From Octopus vulgaris (lineage: Eukaryota), in the NCBI GenBank assembly GCA_951406725.2, contig OX597815.1, positions 22,878,001 to 22,942,000 of the forward strand: a DNA stretch of 64,000 bases, given 5' to 3'. The position numbers and the translations under genes were made by a program. Within the stretch, counting starts at the first letter, position 1. The number at the start of each line of letters is the position of its first letter. A model generated the notes under the pieces. It was not told where the DNA came from, ran no database searches, and worked only from the letters and a program-made list of their open reading frames with translations. Positions 50,095-63,472 of this stretch are shown in pieces.

Positions 50095-50563
50095 ATATGC
50101 ATAAAGAAGTGTCAAGCTCTAATTGTGGAGGGTACCTGTGGAAAGGGTAGACCCAGGAAATTGTGGGACAGTGGTGAGAAAGGATCTTCAGACACTGGGC
50201 CTCACTCAGGAAATGACAAGGGACTGGGAGATGTGGCGATTTGCTGTACTTGATACGACATATCAAGCTAAGAAAAACCACTGTTTTCCATACATACAGG
50301 CGTATCCTTTCAGGTGCCAGTGCCACTTAAAAAGCACCCATGTTGGTGCTGTGATAATGCACCTGTGCCGGTGACACGTGATAAGCACCCAGCACACACT
50401 GTTAAGTGGTTGGCATTAGGAAGGGCATCCAGCCATAGAAACCTTGCCCCAACAGGCAGCTGGAGTCTGGACAGCTCCCGTCTAGCCAACTCCATCTCAA
50501 ACCATCTAACCCATGCCAGCATGGAAAATAGAGGTTAAACAATGATGATGATGATGATGATGA
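50095..50563 (+). mobile_element. RTE LINE 3' coding end running into a family-C-like tail
   Basis: VEGTCGKGRPRK..VVRKDLQTLGLTQEMTRDWEMWRFAV then ttaggaagggcatccagcc..acccatgccagcatggaaa..(gat)n. Confidence 0.8.
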
Positions 50564-52267
50564 TCTGCAGGTTTATGATTACAAGAAAAATATTTGCAAA
50601 ATCAGAAATTCAGAGGAGTGACATTCTGGGGAGGGAGGGGAGGAATGAACATAGTAGTTAGTGCAGGGCCAGGGGATAGACACAATATGATTGACAATAG
50701 GGAGAGAATACCTAAAAGGAAGGTGATACAAGACCAACCAGCTCAGGGTATCAGCTCTCATAGTAGTAGCAATATAAAAGACAGAAAGAAGAGTGAGCCA
50801 GAAGTTGGTGTGATAAATACCATTCCAGCTCTTCCAAAGGAAATACAAAATAGAAATAACATTACATGAATACTTGTTCTCAGACAAAGCAAACTTGGGA
50901 TGTTGCAAATTATATAAGTCAAAGGCTACTCAATGTCACACATACAAATTAGGTTGACCAAGAACCCAATGTAATACATCCAACCAAAATGGCCTGAAAT
51001 ATGTAATGTGATGGGAAAATTCCCTATGGAGGTCTTCTGCTTACAGACCATATAGTTGTGTCAGCTGTTGGCCAATAAAGCCAATGCAGTGAACAAAAAC
51101 ACACACACCAATCAACTGAAATCACACGTGTGTGTGTGTGTGTGTGTGTGTTCATACGCATGCAGAAATATACAAACAGACATATATATATATTTATATA
51201 TATATATGATTGATTGATTGATTCTAGTTTCAGCTCATGAGCTGTGGCCATGCTGGGGCATATTTATATATATATACAAACAAATTTACCACAAAAGTGT
51301 CTAGAGTGTGTTTGAATGACTAAAAATACTAATATACTGATGAGATGTTTGAGCCAATCTTTGACCAGCTAGTGGTCAATTGAAGATGCTAAAGATGGCA
51401 ACTTTCCAATGACACTGTCAACCTTAATTGACTCACATCTATGATGTTTGTGCCAAGTATTCTCCTTGGGTTGCCAAGATGGCTAGAATTATAGCCACTT
51501 CTTGCTAAAATATAACTAGCTATGAAAACACCCAACTAAGTAGCTGGATTTAGGAGTAAATATGTCTGAAACAGTTATTTGTCATTTCATTTGTAGCTGC
51601 AAAATAGTTTACATATGGGCAGCTTTCTCAAATTAGTTGTCGTATGAGTGAAAAGGAAAATTAGTATATCCTTGAATTTTTATGCTTATAACCAGGCTAC
51701 TTATAACATACATATAGGATAACCTACTTGGTAAAAAACATTTGGCTGTAAAGAATGCAGTATAAGATTTATGACTGATGTGATTTCACTTTAGTTGTTT
51801 TATGTAGTCTTACTGCATTCCTTGGCTTGAATCATGTTTGGACCATACTAGAGCATTTCCACTAATAACATCTAAATCAATGAACCAGGCCTTTGGTTAT
51901 AACTTATAAGTGGAATTTATTTAAAAAAAAAAAAAGTGCACTACTCTTGTGGGAATGTGAGTACAACAATATATACGTAATAAGTATATATATGAGAGTG
52001 TGTGTATGTGTGTGTGCGTAACACCAGCTGAAACCCTATACTAAATGCTAGCAGGTTTCTGAGTTTTAATAATATTCTGGTTCAGTATACATTTTCATTC
52101 ATCCTAGATTGATAAAATAAAGTGATTATAGTTAAAATTCAACACTAAATATTCAGAATAGTGAATTCGAAAATATTTTAGGAGAAAAATAATATGGCAA
52201 AAATGATTCTTAAAAGATATGTTTTAACAGTTTGAAAGGAGTTTATATTGGAGAAACATATAACATA

Positions 52268-52488
52268 CTCTCTCTCTTTACTCTTTTACTTGTTTCAGTC
52301 ATTTGACTGTGGCCATGCTGGAGCACTGCCTTTAGTCGAACAAATCGACCCCAGGACTTATTCTTTGTAAGCCTAGAACTTATTCTTGCTGAACCACTAA
52401 GTTACAGGGACATAAACACACCAGCATCAGTTGTCAAGCGATGTTGGGGGGCAAACACAGACACACAAACACACACACACACGCATAC

Positions 52489-52521
<33 letters not shown>

Positions 52522-52685
52522 CGACTGACTTCTTTCAGTTTCCATCTACCAAATCTACTCACAAGGCTTTGGTCAGCACGAGGCTATAGTAGAAGAAACT
52601 TGCCCAAGGTGCCACGCAGAAGGACTGAACCCAGAACCATGTGGTTCGTAAGCAAGCTACTTACCACACAGCCACTCCTACGCCT
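52268..52685 (-). mobile_element. SINE family A
   Basis: Full reverse match. Confidence 0.9.
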
Positions 52686-52750
52686 TATTTAATTTTTTAT
52701 TATATTGCACCAGAACAATGAAGGCAAGTGAGATATGGTGAGCATATTGA

Positions 52751-54244
52751 CAAGGGTGGGCTGAAAAGTTCATGGGCTGACTATGAAGGACTGATGCTAG
52801 AGCTGTGAAAACTTGCATGCATTAATTTCAACCCTTCTTAGTAGCTGCATTGTCTCTTTCCAGCTAAACTGACAACTGACTGTTCAAAGGAAAATTCAAA
52901 AGTAGCAACTTCTCTTGAAAATGGACATAATTTGGCATCATAGTGTTATCTACCTGCAGAAAAAGGTTTAGCCTCCAAGGACATTCATGCTGATATGGTC
53001 ACTATATTAGAGGATGATGCTCCAGCTTTATCAACAGTGGGAAGCTGAATTTAGGAGAGGAAGGGAGTGTCTTGAAGATAATCCAAAGTGTGGACATCCT
53101 GCAACTGCTACCACCTAGGAAAACATTGATCATGTTCACCACATGATAGGAAATTGATTACAAATCAAATTAAATCATCATCATCATCATTTAACGTCCG
53201 CTTTCCATGCTAGCATGGGTTGGACGGTTCAACTGGGGTCTGGGAAGCCAGAAGGCTGCACCAGGCCAGTCAGATCTGGCAGTGTTTCTACGGCTGGATG
53301 CCCTTTCTAATGCCAACCACTCCATGAGTGTAGTGGGTGCTTTTTATGTGCCACCGACACAGGTGCCAGACGAGGCTGGCGAACGGCCACGGTCGGATGG
53401 TGCTCTTTATGTGCCACCGGCACGGAGGCCAGGTGAGCAAATATTATTAGAATATTCTATAAGAGAGTTGAGAATATTATGCACAATGAACTTGACATAG
53501 CAAAGGTTTCTGCTAAGTCTTCTGACACCAAATAAAAAACACATCACAGGAAAATCTGATATTGTTTTAGGCAGATCCAGCTGGTCTTCTTGAATGGCTC
53601 CTTATTCAGGACGAGTGTTGGGTTCATTACTTTAAGCCAGAGACAAAAAGACAATCCATGCAGTAGAAACACCCCTCCTCACCTGCTCCAAAGCAGGCCA
53701 AGGTAATTTCATCTGCAAGGAAGGTGATGGTCTCAGTTTTTTGGCACACAAAATGCATTGTTTACTGACTATCTTCAAAAGGCTATACCATCAATGGAAA
53801 GTACCATACCAACTTGTTGAGGCAGTTACAAAAGGCTATCAAGACCAAATGTCCAGGAAAATTGACAAAAGTGGTCTTGTTTTATCAAGACAATGCTCTA
53901 GCACACAAGTCTTGGTCTCAATGGCGGCTGTGGGTGACTGTGGCTTTGAACTAGTTGATCACTATCCCTATGCTTCTGATTTGGCCCCATCTGACAATCA
54001 TCTGTCCCTCAGCATGGAAAAACACTTGGTCAAGAACCAGTGTCAGTGATGATGACATATCTGCTATTGATGACCTTTTTGACCAACAGGATGATAACTT
54101 CTTCACCAATGGGATCCAAGCACTACAACACCAATGAAAGAAGTGTGTGGACTGCAAGGGAGACTATGTTGTAAAATAAACCTCATTTGGTCATTTTTTA
54201 TGAGAGTATTTTGGTCAGCCTATGAACTTTTCAGCCAACCTTTG
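52751..54244 (+). mobile_element. Near full-length decayed mariner transposon, with a family C insertion at 53174-53432 (-)
   Basis: TIRs caagggtgggctgaaaagttcatgggctgac / gtcagcctatgaacttttcagccaacctttg; transposase motifs DIHADMV..DDAPALSTV, QDECWVHY, KVMVSVF, QDNA, YPYASDLAPSD, FFTNGIQALQHQ* with stops/frameshifts. Confidence 0.92.
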
Positions 54245-54360
54245 CACTTACAAAAAATAATAAGTGTATTGCAGAAATATACTATTGAAGGCAAAAGTGA
54301 AAACTGAAATGGTTTATTTGCCAAATACTTATAAATTCTCTATTATTGAACACCTTCCTC

Positions 54361-54990
54361 CTATAGACATGACAGTGTGGTTAAAAGGTTTGTTCTCAAA
54401 CCAAATGGTTTCAAGTTCAGTCCCACTACTTGGTACCTTGGAGAAGGGTCTTCTATTATAGTCCTAAACTGACCAAAGTCTTGTGAGTGGATCTGGTAGA
54501 CAGAAACTGAAAGAAGCCTATCATTTATATATGTGAAGGAGAGAGAGAGAAACAGTGTATGTTTGTGTTTCCTTGTCTTCACATTGCATGATTAACCCTT
54601 TAGCATTCAAACCGGCCATATCTGGCCAAAATATTTAACCTAACCAGATCTCACCTCTCACCTCAGCCCTACAATGTCATTCTAAAACTAAAAAATCACA
54701 TCACTGAAATCTCTAAACTACAAGATAATGCATGATTAATTCAAACCATTTTAAATAAACAAAATCACATTTGACAGAATAATCTGAACACTAAAGGGTT
54801 AAAGTTAATGAATGTTCATTCATTTGCAATATACTTTGTGAACATGTCAGACCATGCAGAAATATTACCTCGCTTGGAAACAGGTGAGGTTGGCAACAAG
54901 AAGGGCATATGTCCATAGAAAATCTGCTTCAATAAATACTGTCCATTCCATGCATGCATAGATAAGTCAGAGTTAAAACAATGACAATAA
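54361..54990 (+). mobile_element. SINE family D (old) interrupted by a piggyBac-like MITE
   Basis: A-type head 54361-54525; D-type tail 54835-54990. Confidence 0.65.
54596..54798. mobile_element. piggyBac-like MITE (related degenerate copy ~10280-10450)
   Basis: ttaa|ccctttagcattca ... tgaacactaaaggg|ttaa. Confidence 0.85.
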
Positions 54991-56082
54991 TAAATATACA
55001 AAAAGATCAAAAAGCTGAATTTTGAATTCTGTCGTATGGCCTTGTTCATCAAAGAGATGTGGAGATGATCTGTATTTATATGTAACATAACAAATACTAA
55101 TTAAGCACCAAATTTATTCAAATTATAGATTTTACTGCCAGCAGTAATAATTAATTTAACTAACTCATCACTCTAAAGCTGATAAATAATCTAACCAAAG
55201 CAAAACTATACTCAATTGAAAAACATTCAATAAGAACTTTTAAAATGATAAATATTTTATGTCAACATTTACAAATAATAAAGACTTGATATATTATTAA
55301 AATGTCTATTTTTCACAATCAAGTTAAGTAATCTAATCAGAAGTTGACAATAAGAGAAATATATAGTTTTAAAATTAACTGCAACATTACATAAAAAAAA
55401 ACCTTAATGTGAATATGGTTGAACAGTGACTGCTGATGAAACCATTCCAAATTCCAATGCTGCCACAACTATAATGTTATATTCCATATTACATGCTTCA
55501 TTACAATATTTTTTAAGTGCTTCTACTTCATGACAGTCGAGTAATTAACAGCCATGAAGTCATCTTGCATAAGAAATAAAAAGCTAATCAAAGCCTAAAA
55601 CCTATATTCAACCGAAATATGTCTTTCCAGTGAGAAGCACTTCCTACTGCAACCTAGTCAACAATGAAATCTCTCATTTTTTTGACACAATTTTCAACTA
55701 GGCAAATGTAAAAACAATTGTTAACGGATCATAAAATAGCTATGAGTACACTAATACAACTTAAGTAGAAAATATTTCAGAAAAATCTTTAGGAGGTGGT
55801 TCATAATTTTGGCAGCACAGCAGAAATATGGAGGTGTATAGTTGATTGAATCATACACAATTCACTGGTATTTATTTCTATGACATCAAAATGAATGAAA
55901 GCAAATTCAACCCAGGGTTAATATAACTAAATATTGTAAAGTATTAACTTGCTCACCAATTCTTCCACCTCCTTGTTCCAATTTGTGACATACTATCATA
56001 ATATTAAGAATAATTTGAACTATTGTCTATAGGATAACTTTAAAAAGTGAAACTATATACATACATATATATATATATATAG

Positions 56083-56365
56083 TTGCCAGAGCCACTGGAC
56101 TGGCTCCTGTGCAGGTGGCATGTAAAAAACACCATTTAAGCATAGCCATTGCTAGTACCACCTGACTGGCCCTCATGCCAGTGGCATATAAAATCACCCA
56201 CTACTCATGGAGTGGTTGGCGTTAGGAAGGGCATCCAGCTGTAGAAACTCTTCCAGATCAGATTGGAGCCTGGTGCAGTCATCTGGTTTGCTAGCCCTCA
56301 GTCACATCGTCCAACCCACGCTAGCATGGAAAGCGGACGTTAAACGAAGATGATGATGATGACGA
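56083..56365 (+). mobile_element. Retroposon family C inserted in (TA)n
   Basis: Match to family; (TA)n on both sides. Confidence 0.85.
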
Positions 56366-56888
56366 TATATATATATCATTATCACAAAAACTAACTACTA
56401 CAGTTTTTCAAAAATCTGCCAGACTCATTATGAATGTTTTGAGTTACAAGAGTGTAGAACTGACAGATCATCGATTACATAGGGGAATGGTAAGAGTAGA
56501 CGAGACAAATACAATATTTTTAACAATTCTTCAATTGCTTTCTTCTTTCATTGTTATCCGTAAGATATGATTAGTTCAATATTTAACTGAACTGATAGGG
56601 TGTAGGCTTCTGCAGATTTTAGAACATTTCTTTAGAAGTATGTCTAAGAATAAGTGCATTGTTGTTGCATATTTAGAAGTTATTGCAGTGCAGATATGCA
56701 GCAGGATTGTCTGATTTATCAATACTTAATATGAAATCTACAAGAGATTTGATTAAGTATTGATAAAATAGAAATAAGTATTCAAAAATTAAATTAACTA
56801 AACAGTTACAAATTAAAATATGTGACTTGGATATACTGAAGAAAAAATGGTTCAAATCACAAGAACACATATTTCAAGAATATCTATA

Positions 56889-57165
56889 ATCATCATCATC
56901 ATTTAGCGTCCGCTTTCCATGCTAGCATGGGTTGGACGGTTCAACTGGGGTTTGGCTGCACCAGGACCAGTCTGATCTGGCAATGTTTCTACGGCTGGAT
57001 GCCCTTCCTAACGCCAACCACTCTGTGAGTGTAGTGGGTGCTTTTTAGGTGCCAGACGAGGCTGGCAAATGGCCACAGTCGGATGGTGCTTTTTATGTGC
57101 CACCGGTACAGAGGTCAGGCGAGGTTGGCAACAGCCACAATCGGTTGATGCTTTTTACGTGCCAC
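56889..57165 (-). mobile_element. Retroposon family C
   Basis: Reverse match. Confidence 0.85.
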
Positions 57166-57466
57166 GTACATAAAATTTTAAAATGAACTATGTATTTAAA
57201 CGTTCATCTAAATACGTTTCAGAGATAGAGAAAACAGGCATTGCATATTATTCATGTGTACTAGAAAGTGAATGCTTGCACTGTGATACACAATGAACAA
57301 ATTAAATATAACAAGTTTTCTAATAAATGCGATTTGGTAATACCAACAAAATCAAAATTTAAGAAACATCACATATACTATAAATATTAATACATTTGAT
57401 TACTAGAAGCAAAATAGTGGAAGGATCAGATACAGGACTGGAGCTCATAATGTGTACAAATCCATA

Positions 57467-57855
57467 CTCTTTTACTTGTTTCAGTCATTTGACTGTGGCC
57501 ATGCTGGAGCACCGCTTTTAGTCGAGCAAATCGACCCCGGGACATATTCTTTGTAAGCCCAGTACTTATTCTATCGGTCTCTTTTGCCGAACTGCTAAGT
57601 GACGGGGACGTAAACACACCAGCATCAGTTGTCAAGCAATGCTAGAGGGACAAACATATACATACACATACATACATACACATACATACATATATACGAC
57701 AGGCTTCTTTCAGTTTCCGTCTCCCAAATCCACTCACAAGGCATTGGTCGGCCCGAGGCTATAGCAGAAGACACTTGCCCAGGATGCCACGCAGTGGGAC
57801 TGAACCCAGAACCATGTGGTTGGCAGGCAAGCTACTTACCACACAGCCACTCCTG
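57467..57855 (-). mobile_element. SINE family A
   Basis: Full reverse match. Confidence 0.9.
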
Positions 57856-58169
57856 CACCATGTGTATAACAAATATTTTATTGTCTCGAGGCAAAACATT
57901 TTCATTTTGTACATCAGTTCACCTAATTGTAGAAAACAGTTAAAGCATTTTCTGGATAGCTGTGATAAACCAACATTTCATCAAAATAGCATGATACTTG
58001 TCTTATCTGCTTAACACTGCAGAAAAAGTTATTAAGTAGCAGCCCTATGGGTCCTTGTAATTTGTGAAATAATTAACTACTTAACACTACCAAGCACAAA
58101 GTCAGCTTTTTTTAAAAGGAGAGAGTTAAATGTCAATTGAATTGAAACCGATATATTATCGTTACATAC

Positions 58170-58386
58170 TTTACTCGTTTACTTGTTTCAGTCATTTGAC
58201 TGCGACCATGCTGGAGCACCGCCTTTAGTCGAGCAAATCGACCCCGGGACATATTCTTTATAAGCCCAGCACTTATTCTATTGGTCTCTTTTGCCGAACG
58301 GCTAAATGACGGGGACGTAAACACACCAGCATCGGTTGTCAAGCAATGCTAGGGGGACAAATACAGACACACACACACACATATAT

Positions 58387-58429
<43 letters not shown>

Positions 58430-58450
58430 TATATACGACAGGCTTCTTTC
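58170..58450 (-). mobile_element. SINE family A, 5'-truncated
   Basis: Tail and body only; stops at ggcttctttc. Confidence 0.9.
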
Positions 58451-58607
58451 TGAACTTTGTCGAGAGAGAAATCAAATCCCAGTATCACCTGAACTAATAT
58501 AACAGTGAGGTACCAAACTTGTGAACACAAAGCAATCTGCTAATATCTCACTTCAGACTCAACAATTCATAACAGTCATTAATAATAATGATTATAAAAT
58601 TAACATT

Positions 58608-58766
58608 AAGGAGTGGCTGTGTGGTAAGTAGCTTGTTTACCAACCACATGGTTCCGGGTTCAGTCCCACTGCATGGCACCTTGGGCAAGTGTCTTCCACT
58701 ATAGCCTCGGGCTGATCAAAGCCTTGTGAGTCGATTTGGTAGATGGAAACTGAAAGAAGCCTGTCG

Positions 58767-58812
<46 letters not shown>

Positions 58813-59033
58813 TATGTGTGTGTGTATATGTTTGTGTGTCTGTGTTTGTCACCCCAACATCGCTTGACAACTGATGCTGGTGTGTTTACGTCCCTGTAAC
58901 TTAGCGGTTTGGCAAAAGAGACCGATAGAATAAGTACTAGGCTTACAAAGAATAAATCCTGGGGTCGATGTACTCGACTAAAGGCGGTGCTCCAGCATGG
59001 CCGCAATCAAATGACTGAAACCAGTAAAAGAGT
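58608..59033 (+). mobile_element. SINE family A
   Basis: Full match. Confidence 0.9.
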
Positions 59034-60680
59034 AATGCATAGGGTAAAAGTTTGAACCCACTTAAAGTATATCACTTTATATTTACGAAAAGGATTTACA
59101 TCTCCCATCACTTTACATTGAACATTGATGTTCAATTTAAAGTACTGAGTAGGGTTCAAATTTGTTGAAGTTACATATTCTGCATTGTTGTTCCATTTTC
59201 TCTATCATTTATAGATGCACATTTCAATATATTTACACCTCATCAACATTTGCTCATGAACTATATACACACACACACATTAATGGTGTGGTCTGAAGGA
59301 AGGGACTGTACTCATGTCCTTCACAGGGTCTCTGTGACCAGTGCAATTTATGCTGTTAACATTCCTTTTTTTGAACATATGCTGACAAACACAGGAAAGA
59401 TGCGCAAGGAAGAAATTTTAAGAGATGACATTCTAAAGAGGAAGGATTGGACATAATTTGGAGCTTGAGGGGGAAAGACACAAATGAGTGGTGGAAGGAG
59501 GAAAGACAAGTGAGTCAGAAGTGTCTGAGTGGAGGTGGTATGAGATGAGCCAGCTTTAAGGGGTAAAAACCACTGTAGTACCAACGGAAAATCCAGAGAG
59601 AGAAGACAACGTGTTGATAAATGATATCAAGACAATCAGTTGAGTGACCTTTCTTTGGGGGCAGTTCAAGTCATTGGTGTGCACAGAACTACTCTCTTAG
59701 ATATGGGAACAGTTATCTATTATGGACCTTAGCTGAGCTTTGTAATTGGTTAATAATTGTTGGAGGCTAAGGTATGTTCTGGCTCTAAAGAGAAAGAACT
59801 ATCTTTGTGATGTAGCCTAAGCTATACTGAGAATATGCCAGGGATTAATCCTTTGACAGTGGAGTCTAGCTTTTGTAGCAGCTTTGATAGTTCTAGTTGC
59901 ATGCTATTCATAGATGGTAGGGAAAGGGACCAACAATGTTTTCTACAAGAGTACAGCTAACAGAACTATCATGAAAAGAGGAGTACAAAAAATATGTAGA
60001 TTCTGTACAATTGGTATGTTATTAGTGAAATTAAGTCAAAGTTATGTTCTTCAGAGTTACGTATAGATCATAAATGTACAGGAAAACTGAAATGACATAA
60101 AGGAGTAAAACAGAGATGCCTTCCTTCGTTAAGCTCCTACAGTACATTATATTGTTTTTTCTATATTAAAACACACAACACTGCAGCAAAAGAAAAGAAA
60201 ACATTACAAAATTTCAAGGTTGTCATATATCAATATTTCATGTTATTGTTAACATCAATGACAGGAAAAAACCTCACCAACTCTTCATCTGAAGAGTTGA
60301 CACTTTATCTGTTTGGGCACAGTAAATCTTTTGTAAGGCTTCAACAATAAATACTGAGCATTTGTTATTTTATGAAGCATTCTATGAAATGACATTTTTG
60401 TTTTTTTTTAAATTCAATATTGCTTCACAGAAATAAAGTGTGTAACCAATGGAAACAGAAACAAATATCTCCATGACAGACTTGTTCTAGGAATTTCCTG
60501 TTTCATTTATTTTATTAATCTTTTTTTTTTGTTCCAGATTAATGAACATCCCCTGCATCAATACTCTACACCACATCACAAGCCTACCATTACGTTCCAG
60601 TAGAATTTAGAACTCAAAAATAAATAGTTCCAAAACATAAATTCTCTTGCAACATTAGCAGATCAACTCATACAGAAGCC

Positions 60681-60800
60681 TTAACGTGGGTTTGATGGAG
60701 CCTTGTTCTTGAAGAATGTATATTTCAACATTCTGTTAAATTGTTCACCAAGAATACCATATGATAACCAAGTCCAGATTTCAACTTGTCCTCCATGCAT
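60681..60800 (-). CDS. Candidate terminal coding exon (MHGGQVEIWTWLSYGILGEQFNRMLKYTFFKNKAPSNPR*) of a gene entering from the right; product unknown
   Basis: ttgttttatcag|ATG acceptor; 39 open codons then TAA; protein-like composition; frame not confirmed by an upstream exon. Confidence 0.5.
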   Translation of the reverse strand: MHGGQVEIWTWLSYGILGEQFNRMLKYTFFKNKAPSNPR

Positions 60801-61386
60801 CTGATAAAACAATTTACTAAGGCACTGTCTCTTATAAAGTAACAAGATATACAAATATTACAGTTAGTACAATTATTAGTATAGCTGTCCCAGAGAATAG
60901 ATCTCATTTCAAAAGCATATAACTGTAAAATAGCATATAAATGTAAAATAGCAGAAAAAGCTACAATATGGGCAGAAGAACCAAAATGTATGTTAGCTAT
61001 TAGTATTAAACTATATAATAATCAAATTGTAAACTGCCTTAACAATAGCCCAAGCTGAGGGGAAAAAATAATGCTGTATTCAAGTTTAAGTGACAACATA
61101 ATCTGAAGAAAAACTACCTCAAAAAATATAGAAAGATGTACAAAACATTACAAAATAACAAATGTGGAAGATAATAATCCAAACAAAACAAAAATATTCA
61201 GTTGAAGGGTTGCCATAATGAATTAGAAATTCAAGCTAAATTGGGAGAGAACTTATAATTAAAGCTGTCACTAATATTATTTGATAATCAATGAAAAGCT
61301 ATATTCAGGTACAAAAACCAGGAGACAGGCTGATGAAAGTTGACCACATGACACAAATTATGAAGATTAGAAATTATGATTTATTT

Positions 61387-61953
61387 AGGCGTAGGAGTGG
61401 CTGTGTGGTAAGTAGCTTGCTTACGAACCGCATGGTTCCGGGTTCAGTCCTACTGCGTGGCACCTTGAGCAAGTGTCTTCTACTATAGCCTCGGGCTGAC
61501 CAAAGCCTTGTGAGTGGATTTGGTAGACGGAAACTGAAAGAAGCCCATCGTATATATATATATATAGATATATATATGGCGTTAGGAAGGGCATCCAGCC
61601 ATAGAAACATTGCCAGATCAGACTGGGCCTGGTGCAGCCTTCTGGCTTCCCAGATCCCAGTTGAACCATCCAATCCATGCTAGCATGGAAAGCGGACACT
61701 AAACGACGATGATGATGATGATGATATATATGTATGCGTGTGTATATGTTTGTGTGTCTGTGTTTGTCCCCACCAACATCGCTTGACAACCGATGCTGGT
61801 GTGTTTACGTCCCCGTAACTTAGCGGTTCGGCAAAAGAGACCGATAGAATAAGTAATAGGCTTGCAAAGAATAAGTCCTGGGGGTCAGTTTGCTCGATTA
61901 AAGGCGGTGCTCCAGCATGGCCACAGTCAGATGACTGAAACAAGTAAAAGAGT
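61387..61953 (+). mobile_element. SINE family A with a family C fragment (61578-61724) nested in its internal (TA)n
   Basis: A head, (TA)n, ggcgttaggaagggcatcc..(gat)n, (TA), A body resumes. Confidence 0.9.
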
Positions 61954-62384
61954 AAGTTGTGACATTCATGCATTTCCAAAGATCATCAGTAATGCAAGTG
62001 AAGTAAAAACAATTTTGAAATAAAAATCAAAACTGGGTCACAAGCTCTGTTAACAGTAATTTTACCTCTGTTATACATTCACATAGACATGCTATGCATT
62101 TCAATTACAATGTAGTCAATGTTAACATACTAACATGTTAGTACTGGTTTTACTATTTTTCATGTAACAGTTGTCCTTGGTTAATTTCTCCTTAGTCATT
62201 ATTTCATACAAAGGCCAGATACACGGAATCAGAAATAATTACCTAGTGTCTCTGTATTGTTTTCTACTATACTATTATTAATATCACATATTATTTAATT
62301 AACTAACCCCCACCCCCTCAGAATTCTGGCCGTGGCTTATGTTAGAAGCAATCATTACTATCAGCAGCTGCATCATTATTATTA

Positions 62385-62780
62385 TTAAGGGTGACAGGCT
62401 GAAAGAATCATTAGCACACTGGACAAAGTGCTTATCAACTTTTCTTCCAGCTGTATGCTCTATGTCCAAATTCTGTTGAAGTCAATTTTGCTTTTCATCC
62501 CTTCAGCATTGATAAAATAAGTACCAATCAAGTACTGGGGTCAACATAATCGACTTCCCTTCCCCTCAAAAACTACTGGGCCTGTGCCAAAATTTGAAAT
62601 AATAATAATAATAGTAACAATAATAGTAATTGTCATCAACATTATCAGTCGACTTTGTCATTCTTTCGGGGTCAATAAAATAAGTACCAGTTATGCCCTG
62701 GGGTCGATATAATTGACTATCCTCCTTCCCCAAATTTCAGGTCTTGTGCCTATAGTACAGAGGATTATTATTATTATTAA
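62385..62780 (+). mobile_element. Two old family B SINE remnants
   Basis: ttttgcttttcatcccttcagcattgataaaataagtacc and tctttcggggtcaataaaataagtaccag cores. Confidence 0.7.
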
Positions 62781-63073
62781 TACCATTTTATCATTGGATA
62801 CTCTATTTAACCCTTGTTGGGGTTTTGGTGGTTAAATCAGACCCTTCTGCCAGAATACAAGACACTGCAAATGAGAAGAGTCAAACATTTAGACCAGACA
62901 ATCAGCAATATCAACCGAAGATAATTAGTTTTACTAACAGTGAGACAATAGAATATAAAGTTAAGGTGTTCATTAGTGAATTGATCCATTGGATCGTATC
63001 TCAGGAAATCAGAAGGAAAGTAATTAACAGCACACAAATTCTTGTGTCAGTTAAGTACACGCAAGAAAATACA

Positions 63074-63470
63074 TCTTTATATATAAAAGTGAAGTTGTGT
63101 GTCTGTCTCCTACGATTTAGATTCCTAACTACTCCCACATTTTGCGGTGCAGTTTAACCAAAACCGGGTATCTTATAGTCGTGATTCATATCGAGCCCTT
63201 CTGGGTATTAGCGCACGTCTATGATGAGTCTACGATTTTAAAAAAATTTACCATCATTTTTTTCCATTTTAATGCATTTTTTCGCTATTATATAAGGGAA
63301 GTAACTCTCTAAAAATGTCTACGATGAGTCAACGATTTAAAAAAAAATTTACCATAATTTTTTTTCCATTTTTAATGCATTTTTTTGCTATTTTTTGGCT
63401 ATAACTCTCTAAAAATGCTTATATAGTTATTTCCCTTACAAACCCGAGCAACGCCGGGTGATACTGCTAG
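63074..63470 (+). mobile_element. Non-autonomous Helitron with internal ~90-bp duplication
   Basis: A|TC...cccgagcaacgccggg..CTAG|T; gatgagtc..aaaaaatttacc..taactctctaaaaatg occurs twice. Confidence 0.9.
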
Positions 63471-63472
63471 TA

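Noticed and set aside
57923-58016. Minus-strand segment with strong acceptor (VKQIRQVSCYFDEMLVYHSYPENALTVFYN*)
   Set aside because: Lies downstream of the candidate stop at 60681, has no phase partner and no recognisable homology
60278-60381. Minus-strand segment with good acceptor and gtgagg donor
   Set aside because: All three frames contain a stop; could be a UTR exon but there is no evidence
62825-63157. 110-aa plus-strand ORF
   Set aside because: Non-ATG start, runs into a Helitron, no splice signals or motif
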